Part shown: positions 1 through 14,411 of the stretch, piece by piece | Layout: each line of letters begins with the position of its first letter | How positions within the stretch are numbered: position 1 is the first letter of the stretch | From: Trichosphaerium sp. ATCC 40318 | Taxonomy: Eukaryota > Protista > Tubulinea | Length of the DNA: 64,000 bases | Direction of reading: 5' to 3' | Assembly (NCBI GenBank): GCA_038496445.1 | Contig: JALMLS010000343.1 | Span: 151,810-215,809, forward strand | Program-made: the position numbers and the translations under genes | The notes under the pieces: model-generated | What the model saw: the letters and a program-made list of their open reading frames with translations, nothing else | Told to the model about the DNA's origin: nothing | Databases searched by the model: none

Positions 1-1303
1 TCTGTTTAGAATTTCAACGTAGCGTGATGCATTTTTTTCCTTGGCTTTTAAATGTATTTAGTGTTTTGGACAAAAAAGTGCAGTGTGCAGTTCTGAGTTT
101 ACGTACTTGTACCAAGAAGCCATTGGTGATAAACCCAAGCGCTTTGATCTTGTGGTGCTGTGTAAAACGCGTGTTTAACCAAGTCAAACTCTATGAGATG
201 TCAGTTAAATGTAAAGAAAAAGAAACATCCTTTAACTTAGCTAAAGTAGTACGTACCATCTTCAAGCGCTGCAATTAATTCCTCTTGTGTTGTATGCATC
301 TTTGGTAGCAAGTAGCTCCTTTGATGCCATGCAGAATAATTTGAAAAATTTTCATCTATTTTTTTGCGAGTATACTCGAACTCTGTTGTGTGAGGTACTT
401 CTGCGCGCTAATATCATCGTTAGGAGGTAAAAAAACAACATAGAGGCAAAAATTAAAAAAACCCTCTGAGGACGTACCATCGCTACATAGCGTCTATAAC
501 ACCAGCAATGAACTAAAAGAACAAAGTGTCAACGGTGTAACAAATAAAATAAAAGAAATTTGCGTACAGTTTCGATGATCGAGGCTAAGCAGCTTGGTAC
601 ATAATCCCAGTTCAATTGTATAGTCTACCTTTGTTTCTGGGATATCTATGATCCATTTCCTGTGGTACCATACCTTGTTCATGTCAATAGAGAAGGAACT
701 CAAAGCAGAAGCCACTTCGGATGAAAAAACATACCCAGTAAGACTTTGGGTATGATTTAATTGCTCTAAAGAGGAACCCAAGCTCACTTTGTAACGTCTT
801 GTGTATTTCTTCTTCTGTTAGTTTATCCCTATATTTGTTAGTTGTTTAAACGAGTTTTTCAAATAAAAGGGGTCTGAGGTGTTATCAATATGAGGTATTC
901 TCGCACTCACTCTTTGTATTGATCGAGCATGAAGGTTATTATTTGTTTTCGGTAATTCCACATGTCATAACATTCAGGGTTTACTTCTAGTACGTTTGCC
1001 GAAGCTGTCAAGCCTGTTGATGTAAAGTCTTTTTCATTACGCTACAAAGCTAACGTCAGCGTTTTCACATATAAATAACGCGTGAAACCGCATCATTCGC
1101 GGTAAATAGGGACATCAAGACAATATCGCCTACTTTATAGATACACACCTTTTTTTGAGCATCTTTAACCGCACTGCAGTATTTTTCGGCTCGTTTCTTG
1201 TCTCGTAACTTCTCTTCGCGTTCTTTCTCGGCGGTCGTCTTTACCTTGCGTACACCGTGCTATGGGGGTAAGAATGGGTCACCTGTCAAGAACGTACTCT
1301 CAT
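1..1303 (-). CDS. RABGGTA: Rab geranylgeranyltransferase type II alpha subunit (multi-exon, 3' end runs off window start)
   Basis: Manual splicing gives MR|HGVRKVKTTAEKE..., VLEVNPECYDMWNYRK, AIKSYPKSYW|VWYHRKW, ELGLCTKLLSLDHRN, IDENFSNYSAWHQRSYLL and EFDLVKHAFYTAPQDQSAWVYHQWLL. These are prenyltransferase alpha (PPTA) repeats with the MHG.K-type start and AF.T.P.DQSAW motif typical of Bet4/RABGGTA. Confidence 0.92.
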
Positions 1304-1440
1304 TTGATTGGTAAAATTGACTGTTTTTTTCTTTCAGCCAAGAACAGCATTGATTACTTTTTAGCGTTGAACAATCACATTGGATGCACGTTATCCCATG
1401 TACCAACGCGTAATAATAACAGGTATTATTTGACATCACC
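1304..1440. promoter_or_regulatory. Probable compact bidirectional promoter (RABGGTA / F-box-LRR)
   Basis: Divergent start codons about 137 bp apart. Confidence 0.5.
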
Positions 1441-3542
1441 ATGAACCCTCAGTTTAACTTGTGGTTTGGAAACACCTTTCAGGTACCGTCGAGTAACTAA
1501 TTGTATTAATATTAACGCTTCCTTTAACTACAGTTTTGTAAAAATGCTATTGAGCGAATTACTGGTATAAATACGCCACAAGAGGTTATAGAAGGCGAAC
1601 CAGACCATAAGAGAGTTTTAATTGTATTACCACTCACCAGTAAGTTCCTTTTTCGTCAAAATCTACGAGCGCTCACGCTGTGGTAGCCATTGAGGAAGTG
1701 CCATATGAAATCTTGGCCGCTATACTTGCCTACGAGAGTGCTCCTTTGAGAACTCTATTATCGCGTCGACGGGTTTGTAAGCGATGGAACTATGTCGTTC
1801 TGAACTACACAAACGAGTTGTACATTTTGGTACGTAGTACATGAACGTTTTTTGCAATAAAGTCTCATAAAGTGATGTAGGATAAAGCATGGGTGCCGTT
1901 CATATCACGGTTTAAACAATTAAATCAACTTGTGTTTCATCTCAGCAATTTTAATGATAGGATAATACGGCATCAATTACGAGAGATCAAGTACGTTGTT
2001 TTCTTAGAAAGCCAGTACAAAGGGGAGCTCCATTTTTTTTGTTTGATCCAATGAAAATGGACTTTGTTTTTTTTTTTTTTTTGGCTTACAGAACACACTT
2101 CAAAAGTGTTGATGTTATATGGCTTAATTTAGTCTCTTAAGCTAATATTTCTAGGCATCTACGCGCTCTCAATATTCTTTTCATAGTTTCAAAGGTTGAT
2201 CAAATGCGTCGGGGTAGGTTACGCACTGCTGGCGAGGGATTTTTTCAATCCTTGTCAAACCTTCGATACCTCTACATAGGCGACGATCAAATCACTCTTC
2301 GTCAACTCATGTCCATTATAAAACACTGTAAATACCTAAAATTTCTCTCCTTGGACATTTGTAGAGGCAATCAGAGGTTGGTCGCATCAACGCTTAATTT
2401 TAATTTCTCGCGTCTCCGATTTTTACACCTTACGGTACGCGAGAACGTATCACCAGCATACTTTGGTACGTCACAGCTTTGAGATTTCAAAGACAAATCT
2501 TTTGGTCGAAATTGCGTTTTTCTTATTCTTTACAAAAGGCGAGATAGTGCGTGGTATATCACAAACTACAACATTGCGGTATCTGGGACTTGATTGGACG
2601 CATCCTCAAAAAACACAAAAGGCGTGGGTAGACACTTTAATTCCTATTGGAGATCGTCTCATAGAGTTCCACACAGACCATTTGAACGTAAGACAGACCA
2701 CAATACTATGAAAACTAACTGATTTTTAAAAAAGGTGTCCCAAGCGTTCCTGAACAGTTTATCGCGTGTAACCGCCCTTCCAAAACTCGATTTTGCAACT
2801 CAAGACTTTGTTGTTACGCATCTAACACAATTGGAGCTTTTATGTTGTTCTTCCTTTGCGCTTGAGGGAGACAAGTCAAATTGGCTAGAGAGTCATTCTA
2901 GGACATTATCAAACTTGAATAGGCTCACTATTACAAATTCTCACATAAAGACGAATGAGCTGTCACAACTCATAAAATTTTCTTCCCTTACACATCTTGA
3001 TTTGGTGACCGTTAATGGTAGTCTTGAGCCATTAATAGGCATGAATCAGTTGCGTAGACTTGTTGTAGCATCAACAGAGACGCCTCAAGCCATCAGCAAC
3101 GTCATTGGTCAAATGACGCAACTCTTTGATTTGGGGTACGCCTCGCGGTTTTTTTTTGAGTATCTTTTTGATGTCTACTCGAGCGCGTAGATGATTGAGC
3201 TAACTCTTTTTTTTTATTTTTAGGCTCGTCTACAACGGTAGTGTATTGATCGACAGCCTTACTAAGCTTACACAACTGGCAATGTTGAGTCTTTTGCCTA
3301 GCTTAGTGGAAGACGCTACTCCATTCTTAAACACCTTGGAAACGATGACGTGGTTGTCTAATCTCACCATTGGAAAGGAGCTCATACCTAGCAACCTTGC
3401 TTTACTTCAAAAAATAGACTTTCTAGAAGTTTTAGCTATTATTTCTGTTGCTGATGAGCAAAATGACGGTGTTCAGCCTAATACTATTTGTGCTATACGT
3501 GAACACTTACCATTGTGTAAAATAATTGTAAAACACGCCTAG
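1441..3542 (+). CDS. F-box / leucine-rich-repeat protein (multi-exon)
   Basis: An exon near 1687-1829 encodes IEEVPYEILAAILAY...RRRVCKRWNYVV (F-box). Later exons have LxxLxxLxL repeats (LSNLRYLYI, LTQLELLCC, LSNLNRLTI, SSLTHLDL). The start codon is inferred. Confidence 0.8.
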
Positions 3543-4655
3543 AGTGATGTACATTAAAGATTAGTTTGTTTTAACGCTATAAAATTACTAAGTGATAGCA
3601 CAGGACATTGATAACAATCAGTTAAAAATACTTTCTCGGATTTTTTTTTTTCCCCTTCGTTTTTTGTTAGATGTGAGAAAGTGAGAAGGCTGAGAACTCT
3701 TTTCGAAAAAGAAAAGTAGAAAATAAAGTTGCACGTAATGCATTTAAGGGAATTAACATGTGTTCCACGTTGAATACTGCATAGATTATCGACTTTTTTT
3801 TTATTTTTGTGTTTTCCTGTTCTATTGCTTTTATTCGCGTAGAGAATACGTATAATGCTGTTTTTTGGAGTTTTATTTTTAAAGTGTCTCACATTTTTTA
3901 TTTATTCTGTAGTATAGTTGTTACATTTTTGGGTATTTTTAACTCACTTATTGTAAAACAAACAGTTTGTACAGTTGTAACGGTTTGTATCCACAAAAAA
4001 TAGCTTTTTGAAGAAAGTTTATCCAAAAGCATTTTTACAAAATAAAAAAGATCTAAAAAAACACCGATCTTAGCACTTACAACGTGAACTGTTATATATA
4101 CTTGCACTCTGTGTCAATTACGCGGACTATCAGAAAGTCTCAAGGTTGAAATAAAAATGTTTATTTTTGTCGTTTCTTTTCACGGTTTTCGAAACGTCGC
4201 AGTTGTTTTTTTTAAGAAAGGGTGCCGAAGTGAAACTGTTTAACATTGTATACGATTGTTTGTTGATTATAGCTTTGTTTACCTTTTTTAGTCGTAAGTT
4301 CTGTTTTTGTCCGAAATTCGACCTCTTTAGGTAGTCTGTCATCTGCAATAATCTAAAAGGCAATTCAGACATGGGTTACGTTAAAATCCAGTAGAGGTAA
4401 GTCTACAATCTCATATTCTGACCACTTGTTGTAGTTTTAGGGAACAATCACTTTTTTCCGTTTAAAATAAAAGCAACTTTGACGCATTGAATACGATAGG
4501 TGTCCGCGTTATAGACGTTGTTGTAAAATAGTAATTTTACCATTTTTTGGGCGTTTTTTTTTTTCAAGGGTTTTGAAATTTCGCCATTTTTCAAAGTCAA
4601 AAATACTATTTGAAATTTCATAATCAAAAAACAACCATTGGCTTCGCAACACCTC

Positions 4656-7606
4656 ATGACCTTAAAGCCGAAAACTAATACAGCGATATTACTGCTAATA
4701 TCAGTCCTTGTCATCGTATCTGGACTTGAAATAGAGTTTGGAAGAGAAGCTACTGGACCGATTAGTTTCCAGACAGGTACACCCTTCACCAATGTTGCTC
4801 GCTTGCGTCTCCATTCCTCGTCTTCTCACTTTGCGTAATGTCTGCTCACTTTCTTTATTTAGCTCAAAATGTGTTAATGATGTACATTACTGACGCTGGA
4901 GTACCTTTATTCAGTGGACAAGTGCGTATTCAATTTTTTGCCTCCGGAAATTTTTTTTTTCGTATTTATTACAAAACGACAATCTCCACAGGTTTTCAGA
5001 TATTCATATTTATATTTTTTTTAAGGAACAATGGGCGATAGGAACTGCTAATGATAACGCTGTTTTCCATGATTGGACAGACTTTACTTTTTCAGATGGG
5101 TTAGTTGTCACTGCAGAGTTTTCTGGATCTTCTATTTTGCCAAATTGCTTGGAAGGTTCGATTGGTGATGCCGTATACTGTCCTGGTATCAAAGCATACA
5201 TCCGTGACACAAGTGGCGTATTAGCCTCGTACGTAATAATCGAAAAAAAATCGTCATTTTTCGTAAACATTGTGTCGTGGTGAGCGAAAACTAACATTGT
5301 TTTATTACAGGAGCGCTGAAATATACACTGGAAGCAATAATACACTTTCTTGTGATGGAGAGTTTTGGTCACCTTCAGGTGTTTACGACAATGGATTAGC
5401 TTTTGAACAACCTCCTCAACCTTCTATGACATTTAACTTTAACGCTGCTACTCAAGAGTTTGAGTTTGATGTAGATGCTGCGTAAGTATTTTCTGTTCAT
5501 ATCATTTTTTTTTCTGGATTTTTGCTTCGGCTTTTTTTCTTTTATTACATTCCGCCACTTTTTCCGTTATTCATGTGTTTGTTTTAGGTACCTCGGTCAC
5601 GGATACACTTGGGTTATTGACTTCCAACCTTTTGATAATACCGTTGACAGTACTACTTCATACAGTCTCGGAAAAGGTTCATGTGAAAACAGAGATCTTG
5701 GAGACTTTGCTAGTTCAACTTATTCTTTCTCTGAAATGTTCAACTCTGCTCCTCGTTCTGATAAAGCAGATGTAGATGGTGCTCCACCAGCTGCGCTTGA
5801 CTCTGATAGTTACATGGCATACAAACAAGGTGGAAACGGATGGGCCTTGACAAGCACATCTTGCTTTGGTATCCAATACGCAAGGACTTTCTCTGCTGCT
5901 GCCATCGAAGCTTGTGCAGCTGATGTAGCCAGTCCAGGAAGCAATACACTCGTATCAGTAACGTACGTTCACTTGTTTCCCCTATGAAATCTCGAAAGCG
6001 CAGATCTGTTGCTTTGTTGTTTTTTTTTATTTGTAGCGCTATATTGACTTGTCTTAGGAATAATGGTACTTATCTTGAGTTTGCTGGTACTTTGTACGTT
6101 ACAGCTATTCGTCCAAGAGACCTAAATACATACGACACTGGAGCATTAACTCCATACCTTGCTGCTGAGTTTACATTCCCATGGCAAGTTCTTTTCAACA
6201 TGCAAGTTGAAACTTTGGCTGGCGCTACAGCCCAGAGAGAACTCGGTGTACGAAACACTTTCTGCTTATTTTAGTATCAGCGCTGATAATGATTGTCAGG
6301 TTGTATTTGATAGCATCGGTCTTGTAGACGTTGGTAACGGTGAATTTAAATTGGAAGTTGAATTGACAACTGATACTTTGGACTCTGATTATCATCTACT
6401 AGACGCCCCAACTTTTACAGATCCTGTCCCATTGGTTGTCGCATTTACTACAGTAGCAACTGTACGTATTCCCAAACTTTTTTTTTAATGAAATGAGTTA
6501 TTTCTAAAACACGTGACCTTTAGCCTGATCAAGTACAACAATGGGCTTTTGAATCTGACGCTCAATCAAACTTGCTTGATTTCTCTGGTGAATTTATCAT
6601 TCAGTTTACAAGATTCGCTACAAGCGATAGTAGCGAAAAGAACATCACTATTACATTCACTGTTAGTATCACACCACAACTAACACAACGTGAAGAAACA
6701 TCTTTCCTTATTGATATTACATTCCACTCTGACTCAACCTTTAACGATCCTAAATCAGTCTTTGTTCCAGAAGACAGAATATTCGTTTTAACACAAGCAC
6801 AAGGTACTACTTGAAAACCCAAAAAAAAAAAGACTATCCCTCTGTCATACCCACTGAACCATTTTTTTCTAATTTTTTTTTCAAATAGGTAATGATGGAA
6901 GCGGAAACAAAGTTCCTTTTGACGTTGCTGATGTAAATGCTTATTCCAACAGTATCAAGAACGTTTGGATTTGTATAACTACTGATGATTCTGAACCGCT
7001 TAATGATGGTACAACCGATACAGGTTGCAGATCTTTTGCAGGAAAAGTAAGACCAAAGGCTCAAATCGTATCAGACTTTTCAGTAAGCACAGACGATAGC
7101 CTCACCACTGCTTTGGATGGTACTATCCATGCTACCCCTGCAAGTCAGAATATCAATGAAGGTATTTCTTTCTCTGCAACACCTTTGACAAACCCTGCTG
7201 TCGGTCTTTCTGACTCTGGTATATTTTGGATTCATGTACGTTCTAATACCTTTTTTTTTTTTTTTGGTCTGTACTCAAAAAGAAAGAACTTGGCACTGAT
7301 ATCTTTGCTTTAGATTGAAAACATTGTATCTCAAGCCAGCGTCAAAAAGAGTGTCCATACATTCTACAAAAGGGTACGTATCTGAACAATTTTGTTAGCC
7401 CAAGATGCTGGCGTTTGATCAAAACCTACCCAAGAATTATTACTAACTTACAATTTTTGTAGGGTTTGGAACAAAACGGAGATGATGTTCAAGCACTTCT
7501 AAAAGCAAGACTCGATATGTCTATTAACGCAAGTTCACCAGCATCTAACATGTCTGTATGCTTTGTATTGATTCTATGTGCTGCTTTGACTGCTCTATTA
7601 TTCTAA
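4656..7606 (+). CDS. Secreted, probably GPI-anchored surface protein with FRAS1/FREM2 C-terminal-like region (multi-exon)
   Basis: N-terminal signal peptide (AILLLISVLVIVSG). C-terminal SINASSPASNMSVCFVLILCAALTALLF* looks like a GPI signal. Internal motifs QVQQWAFESD..DFSGEFIIQF, SIKNVWICI, GC, EGISFSATPL, FWIH. Confidence 0.75.
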
Positions 7607-7912
7607 ATAATAGCCTCAAGTACCCCCACCTCGACGAGCTCCAACCATTGTAAATATGACTACTAAGTCATCAAAAAATTGTTAATAAAAACATTGTCTT
7701 ATGAATAATAATTGCCTCAATTGTTTGTTTTAGTACGTACCCCTCGCGATCACACTTGCGAACACCAAACTTCGATACCACAAAACCGCTTGTTCCACAA
7801 AATAGTACTTTTCTTCTTTTTTTCTTCGCTTCAAGCGCAAGAAATCAACATATGTTGAATGCTCGATAACAACACGTGAAAGTGCTACAATAATTTTGTT
7901 TATTTTTATTTG

Positions 7913-9178
7913 TTATCTAAATAAGTAATTTAATCTACACATCAAACATTGGAGGCCCTAGTTTCAAAGCACGTGGTGTTTATGTTGATCAAGAGAACAA
8001 ACACCCCTCCTTAAAAACAGTGCTCAGGTTTTGTTTCTGTTTTGGAACAACAATACAAATACGAGGTTGACAATCTCTTCGAATTCTAATGATCCACTTT
8101 TATCAACATCAATTGTCTTGAAAAGCGAATCGACCTAAAGATAAAGTTGACACAATCCAACACAACAAAAAAAAAGTCACTTAATAACATTCTGCTTAAG
8201 TTAATGTACGCGTACAATATCTTTACGTGTTGGGATGTTGAGCGCTTTCAATAAAGGAACGAATTCTTGTGGATCAAGTCCACCTGAGTGATCTAGAAAC
8301 TAGGGTTTAGATCAAAGGAGAAGTGACGCCCCAGGTACCTTTGTCCGCAGTTAAGAAAATAACTCTACAAAACCTATTGTATGTCAGTATTTAAACATTA
8401 CAACAAGGGTTCGGTACCTTAGGAACAAAGACAAACTGTGAAATTCAGAGAGTTCAATTTTGCCAGAATTGTCGCTGTCAGCCATCTTTATCGTGTCAAC
8501 TAGGGATAGACACTGCTAAAGGGGTACCTTGTACAATACTTTCAATTGACCCTCAGAGAAGTTATACCCAACAGCGCGAAGTGCTTCGCCAAGTTCCTGC
8601 AGAGTGAGTAAGCGTGCAGAGTCACCGACTAATGACTTTGTTTTCTTACCTTTCGGTCAATGTGGCCGTCCGCGTTTTTATCAATGTCATTGAATGCCTA
8701 TACGATATTAAACTTTATAGATTGACAGTGTTGTCGCCACTTACTTGGTCCATAATGTACAAGTAGCCTACGCAAAGAATAAATTCAAAAAAAATAAATT
8801 AAGGCTACTAAAATAGGTTTAAATAGACGCTATTACGTACCCATAAGCATAATAAACTCATTAAAATCTACTGCGCCATTATGATTTTGGTCGACAATCT
8901 TTAGTATCGTTGATACGTTTTCCTTGCTGAATACATAATCGCAAGCGCGTAGGGCTTGTTCAAGCTCTTTTTGCTAACCGAGTAAGCGAAATATTAAATT
9001 TAACAACACGTGGTTCTTTACATCAATATCACCGCTTCCATTCTTATCAAATTTACTGAATATTGCAGCAAATTGCTTTTTTGTGGCTCCATCCAAAACC
9101 TCTGAGAAGTCGAGTTCTGCGGTTGCGTTAAACGTTGAAAAGTAAATTACGCTCTAATTTAGTTACAGTACCACTCAT
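7913..9178 (-). CDS. Calmodulin-like EF-hand calcium-binding protein (about 6 EF hands, multi-exon)
   Basis: Spliced EF loops: DKNGSGDID, DQNHNGAVDFNEF, DKNADGHIDRKEL, DSDNSGKIELSEF, DKDHSGGLDPQEF, DVDKSGSLEFEEI. The last exon is ambiguous (stop at about 8024 or about 7913). Confidence 0.88.
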
Positions 9179-9289
9179 TTGTTACAACTACTTTCTTGTC
9201 GGCAGTTTATCGGCAAAGATAACGGAATGCAACATTATGACTTAAATTGTGTGACTTAGACCGCGAGACATTCCAAAAAAGCAATTTGA

Positions 9290-12200
9290 GTCAAAATGTA
9301 AGACTTTCATTGGTCTTGTCAATTTCTCTCAGCGAGATCTGCCCCAGTACTTTCGAGCCACCGTTAGTGTATTCAACAAACAGACTCGGTACGTACACCT
9401 GCCCAGTCAGTGGCAGCTGAACCAGAGACTAATAAATGTGTTGCCTTTTTTCAAAGTTTTTTTTTAATTATTATTTTATCTGTTTTACAAGGAGGGTAGT
9501 GTGACACTGCTCAGAGAGTAGAAAAAAAAGGGGGTTGAGGCAATGCACAGTGAAAAAAAATTTGACCACTCTACGCGATCATCCAATAAATGCTTTTGAG
9601 TGGCCATTCAATTGATAGAATTGATTGAAGCACCTTCGCTATTCAAGGAGCGCCCTCTTAAGCGCTTACGACCACCCACTGGTACTATATCAGGTTGTGT
9701 TTTTCTGCTTATGCTTTCAGCTTCTCTAGTAGACATACGTGATGCTGAGAAGTCAATAACTAAGCCTTTCATAGATAAAGGAGCAGAATTGATCTAGATA
9801 CAAAATGTCAATGATTTGAAAAATAAACATCATAACTTCGAGTAAAATGGCTAAAAACGTACAGAAAGTGATGATCTACTCTGCATTGACGTGTTTTCTC
9901 TTGCAACAGCACATAAATTTGCTGAAGCGCCATACTCGGACGATAAAGAGCCATTGAGACCCATTACTTGTGAATACAACTTTGTTGCAGGATTCTTTCC
10001 GTTGTCTCCTCTAGAAGAACAAAGTAAGTAACAAGATACGAAAAGGTTTTGAAAAAACCACTTACAGTGCTGACACATTGGAGCAACTATAACTACGACT
10101 GTTTGTGATAACATTCTCTCTACCAGCGGATGATCTTCTAACTTTTTTGTAGAACAAAGTACGCCTTGATATCTTATCGTAAACTGTCTTTTTATCTACC
10201 AGAAAACATTAGACATTGAGGTCCGAGGCGAAGAAGGGCTTGTGACAAAAATAAAAAGAAAATCCCAAATGGTTTTGGTCTTGTTTTTACGTACTGTGAC
10301 GATCTCTCTTTAATTTCTTATCTGATGGCTTCCAAATAGAAAATAATTCATCTATACATGTGGTGTCAGAAGATATTTTTCGAGAAAATTCAAAAAAGGA
10401 CAGTAGGCCAAAAATTATACGAAAAAAGAAAAATAAAGTCGATAGAAAATACGAAAGGGTTTTTCCTTACCTTCTCCAGAAATAACGAAAATACCGCTAT
10501 CAGGTTCGGGAACACTGACACTACGTATACGACCACCAGCGGACTGAAATGCGCAAATAAACGTTTTTTGATCTAAATGCAGACGATGAGCTAAAACTCA
10601 AACAACAGCTTTTAAAACACATTAAACGTGTTACGTACGTGCTGTATGAGCATGCCATATACTTACAGCTCCGTTTTGACTTCCAGTAACCAAATATCTG
10701 TTGTACAACAAACAAGTAGAAGTGATGCGATAACGTCTGAGGAACACCATTAGCATGATAAGAAAGTGAAGGGAATTAAATTCACTACTTCAGAAAAAAA
10801 ATTGTGAACAGTTTTTCCGTTCAATAAGACATTAGTCCAAAAAAAAGTAAATGCACATAGTGTTAGTCTACGTACGTGTCTCCAAACTTGTATGGACGTG
10901 AGCGTGATACTTCGTATATTGGGCAAATCTCTTTAGAAGCTACACTCAATACAGATACACCACCATCAGCGTAACCAATAACGAACGAATGAATGCCATA
11001 TTCGTATGTTAAACATGAAATTGGCACTTTTCCTTCAATAGCCTTTGTCTTTGACACTCCTTTATCATCCTAAATGGTTCACAATAAGTATTAAACTACG
11101 TATTATATAGTTACTGGATCTTTTTTATGAACGTAATAATAACATACCCTGTAGAACAAGTATAATGTATCAGTCGTACAACAAGCTATAGTATTACCTC
11201 CATAGGCTACTGCCATGATAGGAAGAGTTAACTCAAACGAATCTTGTTGGTTAGGTGTCACCTGACCCTAAAACCGGAGTGTGAGTAGATTAGGAAGGTA
11301 CAGAAGGTTTGAATTTAGAAGGCGGAAAATAATGTACTTACCGATAATAGGGCTACACCAGTATCAAGATCCCATAGTTCTACTTCATATATAGAAGCTA
11401 GAAGTAATGTATTTCCCTAAAAAAGGATCTCAGTATACTTGTTTTGCATAAAAAACTACACAAAGTAGTGCGTACCTTAACACTGCTTAACTTAGTGAAT
11501 TTCAAGCTTTTTGGCACTTTTCGCTTGAAAGTTTTCTTAAAGACTGTGAGTTCTTTTACCTTGAGACGTGGGTATGTCTCGAATGGCACTTTTAATACCG
11601 CTTTATCCATTACGATAATAATGTGTTGAGAGTTGCTCACTACGAGCTTTATACCTCCTTTACGGAATAACATAACAGAAGCCTGTGACTGTTGTTCTAG
11701 CAATGATGTTACTCATGAAACATTTCAAAAAAAAAAAGGTTTTGCTTTACGCACCAACGTTAAATATATGTAAACGAGGGCAGTTATCCTTCCAGTATAC
11801 AGAGCAAACCCACGGATACGCGCAGTTTACAAAATGCGGTTGAGATAAATCTAAAACGAAATAAGGTCAGGCTACTTTAGAATCGGTTTCGGTTGTGTTC
11901 CTCACAAGTATTGAAAGCGTTTACGGCATAAAAAAAAATAAAGTCGCCAAACTACAACCCGAAAAAGAATATTGGCTATAAACCAAGCTCAAACCCCGCC
12001 ACATACCTGCGTTAAGTTCTATATCGTGCTTTTTCTTTCCAACTGAATCCCACACCAAGTATCTACCAGTGTTTTTGTATAGAGCCACAAGGTGCTTGGC
12101 GCCAAGTACTTTCACCCTTTCCAAACTCATAGAGCGAGAATTTAAAGAAGGGACAAAAGCTTGATCAAGATCTAGTGTTTTAAGCTCTTTGGATGACTAT

Positions 12201-12393
12201 AGTGTATTAGTGGTTGTTTTAGTTCTTTAAACATTGGTGGCGGGCAATTAGCTGGAACTCCTCGTTTTTGTTTTCAGTATTTGCGTACGAGCTTCTTAGG
12301 CATTGTGTCTTTGCGAATAGCCATCTTATCAGAATTTGACCACGAGGAACGTCTAATTGAGTTATCTTGCTTGAATTCTTTCTTAGACTTCAT
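9290..12393 (-). CDS. Multi-exon protein of unknown function, possibly WD40/beta-propeller-like
   Basis: Start MKSKKEFKQD followed by a run of GT-AG-bounded exons. Beta-rich segments include IMAVAYGGNTIACCTTDTLYLF and ISCLTYEYGIHSFVIGYADGGVSVLSV. The 3' end is uncertain. Confidence 0.5.
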
Positions 12394-14411
12394 GTAGTGT
12401 AGTGGGTAGTGGTGTTGGTGCGCGTGTGTTCGATTTTGTGATCACTGGGAGCAGTGTTTCTATGCTTTGTGTAAATTTTACGAATAATAAAAAATAAATC
12501 TAGCTTAATAAAATTGTGTTCAGTTCTTCTGCTTGTATCAACGAGTGTAAAAACGTTGTTTGGAAACTATATAACCCAAACGGTAGTTGATCAAAACTAC
12601 ACAGTCCCTGACGCTCTCTAATACGCTAAACCATCGTACCTTCGGTAAGGCGTCTAATACGCAAAAGAGGAATGTGGTCTCCAACAAAACTCCATACAAC
12701 CGAAAAGCAATCTCTTGCGCTCTTTCATGACGCTTAAAGTTAGAAAATCGTAAAAGAAAGCCACGCCAATCATTTTCAATCATTTTAAAAAGCGCATTCA
12801 CAGTTTGCAATTAAAACAACTATTACCATATCGTAGATATTGCATACGGCCAGCATACTATGTAGTTCAAGAACATTCACCAGTTTATCGGCGTAGAAAT
12901 AAGCTTTTATCCTTTTTTGCTTTTGTTATTCTGTAAAGTGTACTTGAGCTTTAAAAGCACCCCTATCGATAATTCATAGTACTTTAGGTCTTACTCAGAG
13001 CGTTTTAATGTTACAGAATACCCAATAATACGAAACGATTTTCTTGTACTCACACAACATAAAGTAGAATTCAGCACTTACGAAAACCTCGCCCTGTTCA
13101 CCTGATTTAACACCACGTTACTTTGTAAGGAAATACATAGGTTTAATTACGTTGTAAGCTCGTACCTGTAAGGAGTAGCGATATAGCTCAAGCCCATAAC
13201 AAGTAGGTACAATCCGAAAAATGGTCAAATGTCGGGTTTAAGATTTGAGAAAGTGAGAGAAACAAGCGAATGGTTACAAATGGTTATTTATTTTAATAAG
13301 AGTATCGTCCTAAGCGTAGGACTAAAGTTGCGTCTGCACAAGGTACAAGAGACGCGTTTGCTACTTCTTGCAATTTGAAAGCATACTCAGGTTTTTGAGC
13401 GTCATACGCAATCCTGAGTGGTAGTTTATAATCATGAGACTTCTGCCAGTGGTGTAGCACTACGTTTGTCAGCGTTTGTCACGTGAAGAGAAAGGAAAGA
13501 ATAGGGGTAAAAAAAAGTTGTTTCATAAGTAATAGTTAGTGCTTCATTTATCCTCAGAAGTCGTCATCTGTAATCATAGATGTTTTGGAAGGAAAAAAAA
13601 ATGTTCACCAAAGAAAACGTACCAAAAAAAGTCTCATAGTGTCACCGTGACAAAGCTGCTTGTCATTGCGTCTTCTGGCGAAATTTTGGAGATTGGAGCA
13701 TCAAGGCGTTACACCCTGTGACGTCCATGTACTGCTCACGTGTGTGCAATCAATGTTAGATAGCTGTTATAAGCTATACGCATGTTGGTTTTTTTGATGC
13801 GTTGCGATAGCATTTAGAGATTTACTGTTGTAATCTCAGAAATGACACGACCTGACTTGGTCAACTATGCATAATTGTCTCACACAAGAAAATCTGGTGG
13901 TGTACTGCGTGTCATTGGGTTTGTGCTGCGTTCCCAAAGTTATAACCGTAAATTAGATACTTTCTTGATTGTTACCAAACAATTGACTGTTACTCCTCAT
14001 CTCGTAATCGGAGTACTAAACAAGCCTGTCACCTCGAACTACAAAATACGTTATCGAGAGTGGTCACAACCTCATTCGCAGGCTGCGCGCATATAACGCT
14101 TTTTTAGGAATACACTCAAGTGTGTTACCAAACTAGGTGCAACAGCTCTTTCACCTCTCGATTTCGAACAATCTCGGACTTCGCTCAAATTTTGTTTGTT
14201 GAGCTTGCTTTTACTCCAATACCACATACTAGATAAAGGTTGTTTTACTATTTTCTCGTATTTACAAGCTTTGCTTTGCGCTCCTAGCGGTCATGCACGA
14301 TGATTACGTTGTACAAGTCCAAATATATACTTTTTTTGAGAGTGCAATGTGAGAATATTTTTTGCTTTCGGAGCAATCTGTCAATCCCTTTGGTTATCAC
14401 ATAATACCACG

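Noticed and set aside
12538-14300. Short ORFs between the propeller-like gene and Rheb
   Set aside because: I could not build a coherent spliced model or find a recognisable motif. It may be decayed coding DNA.
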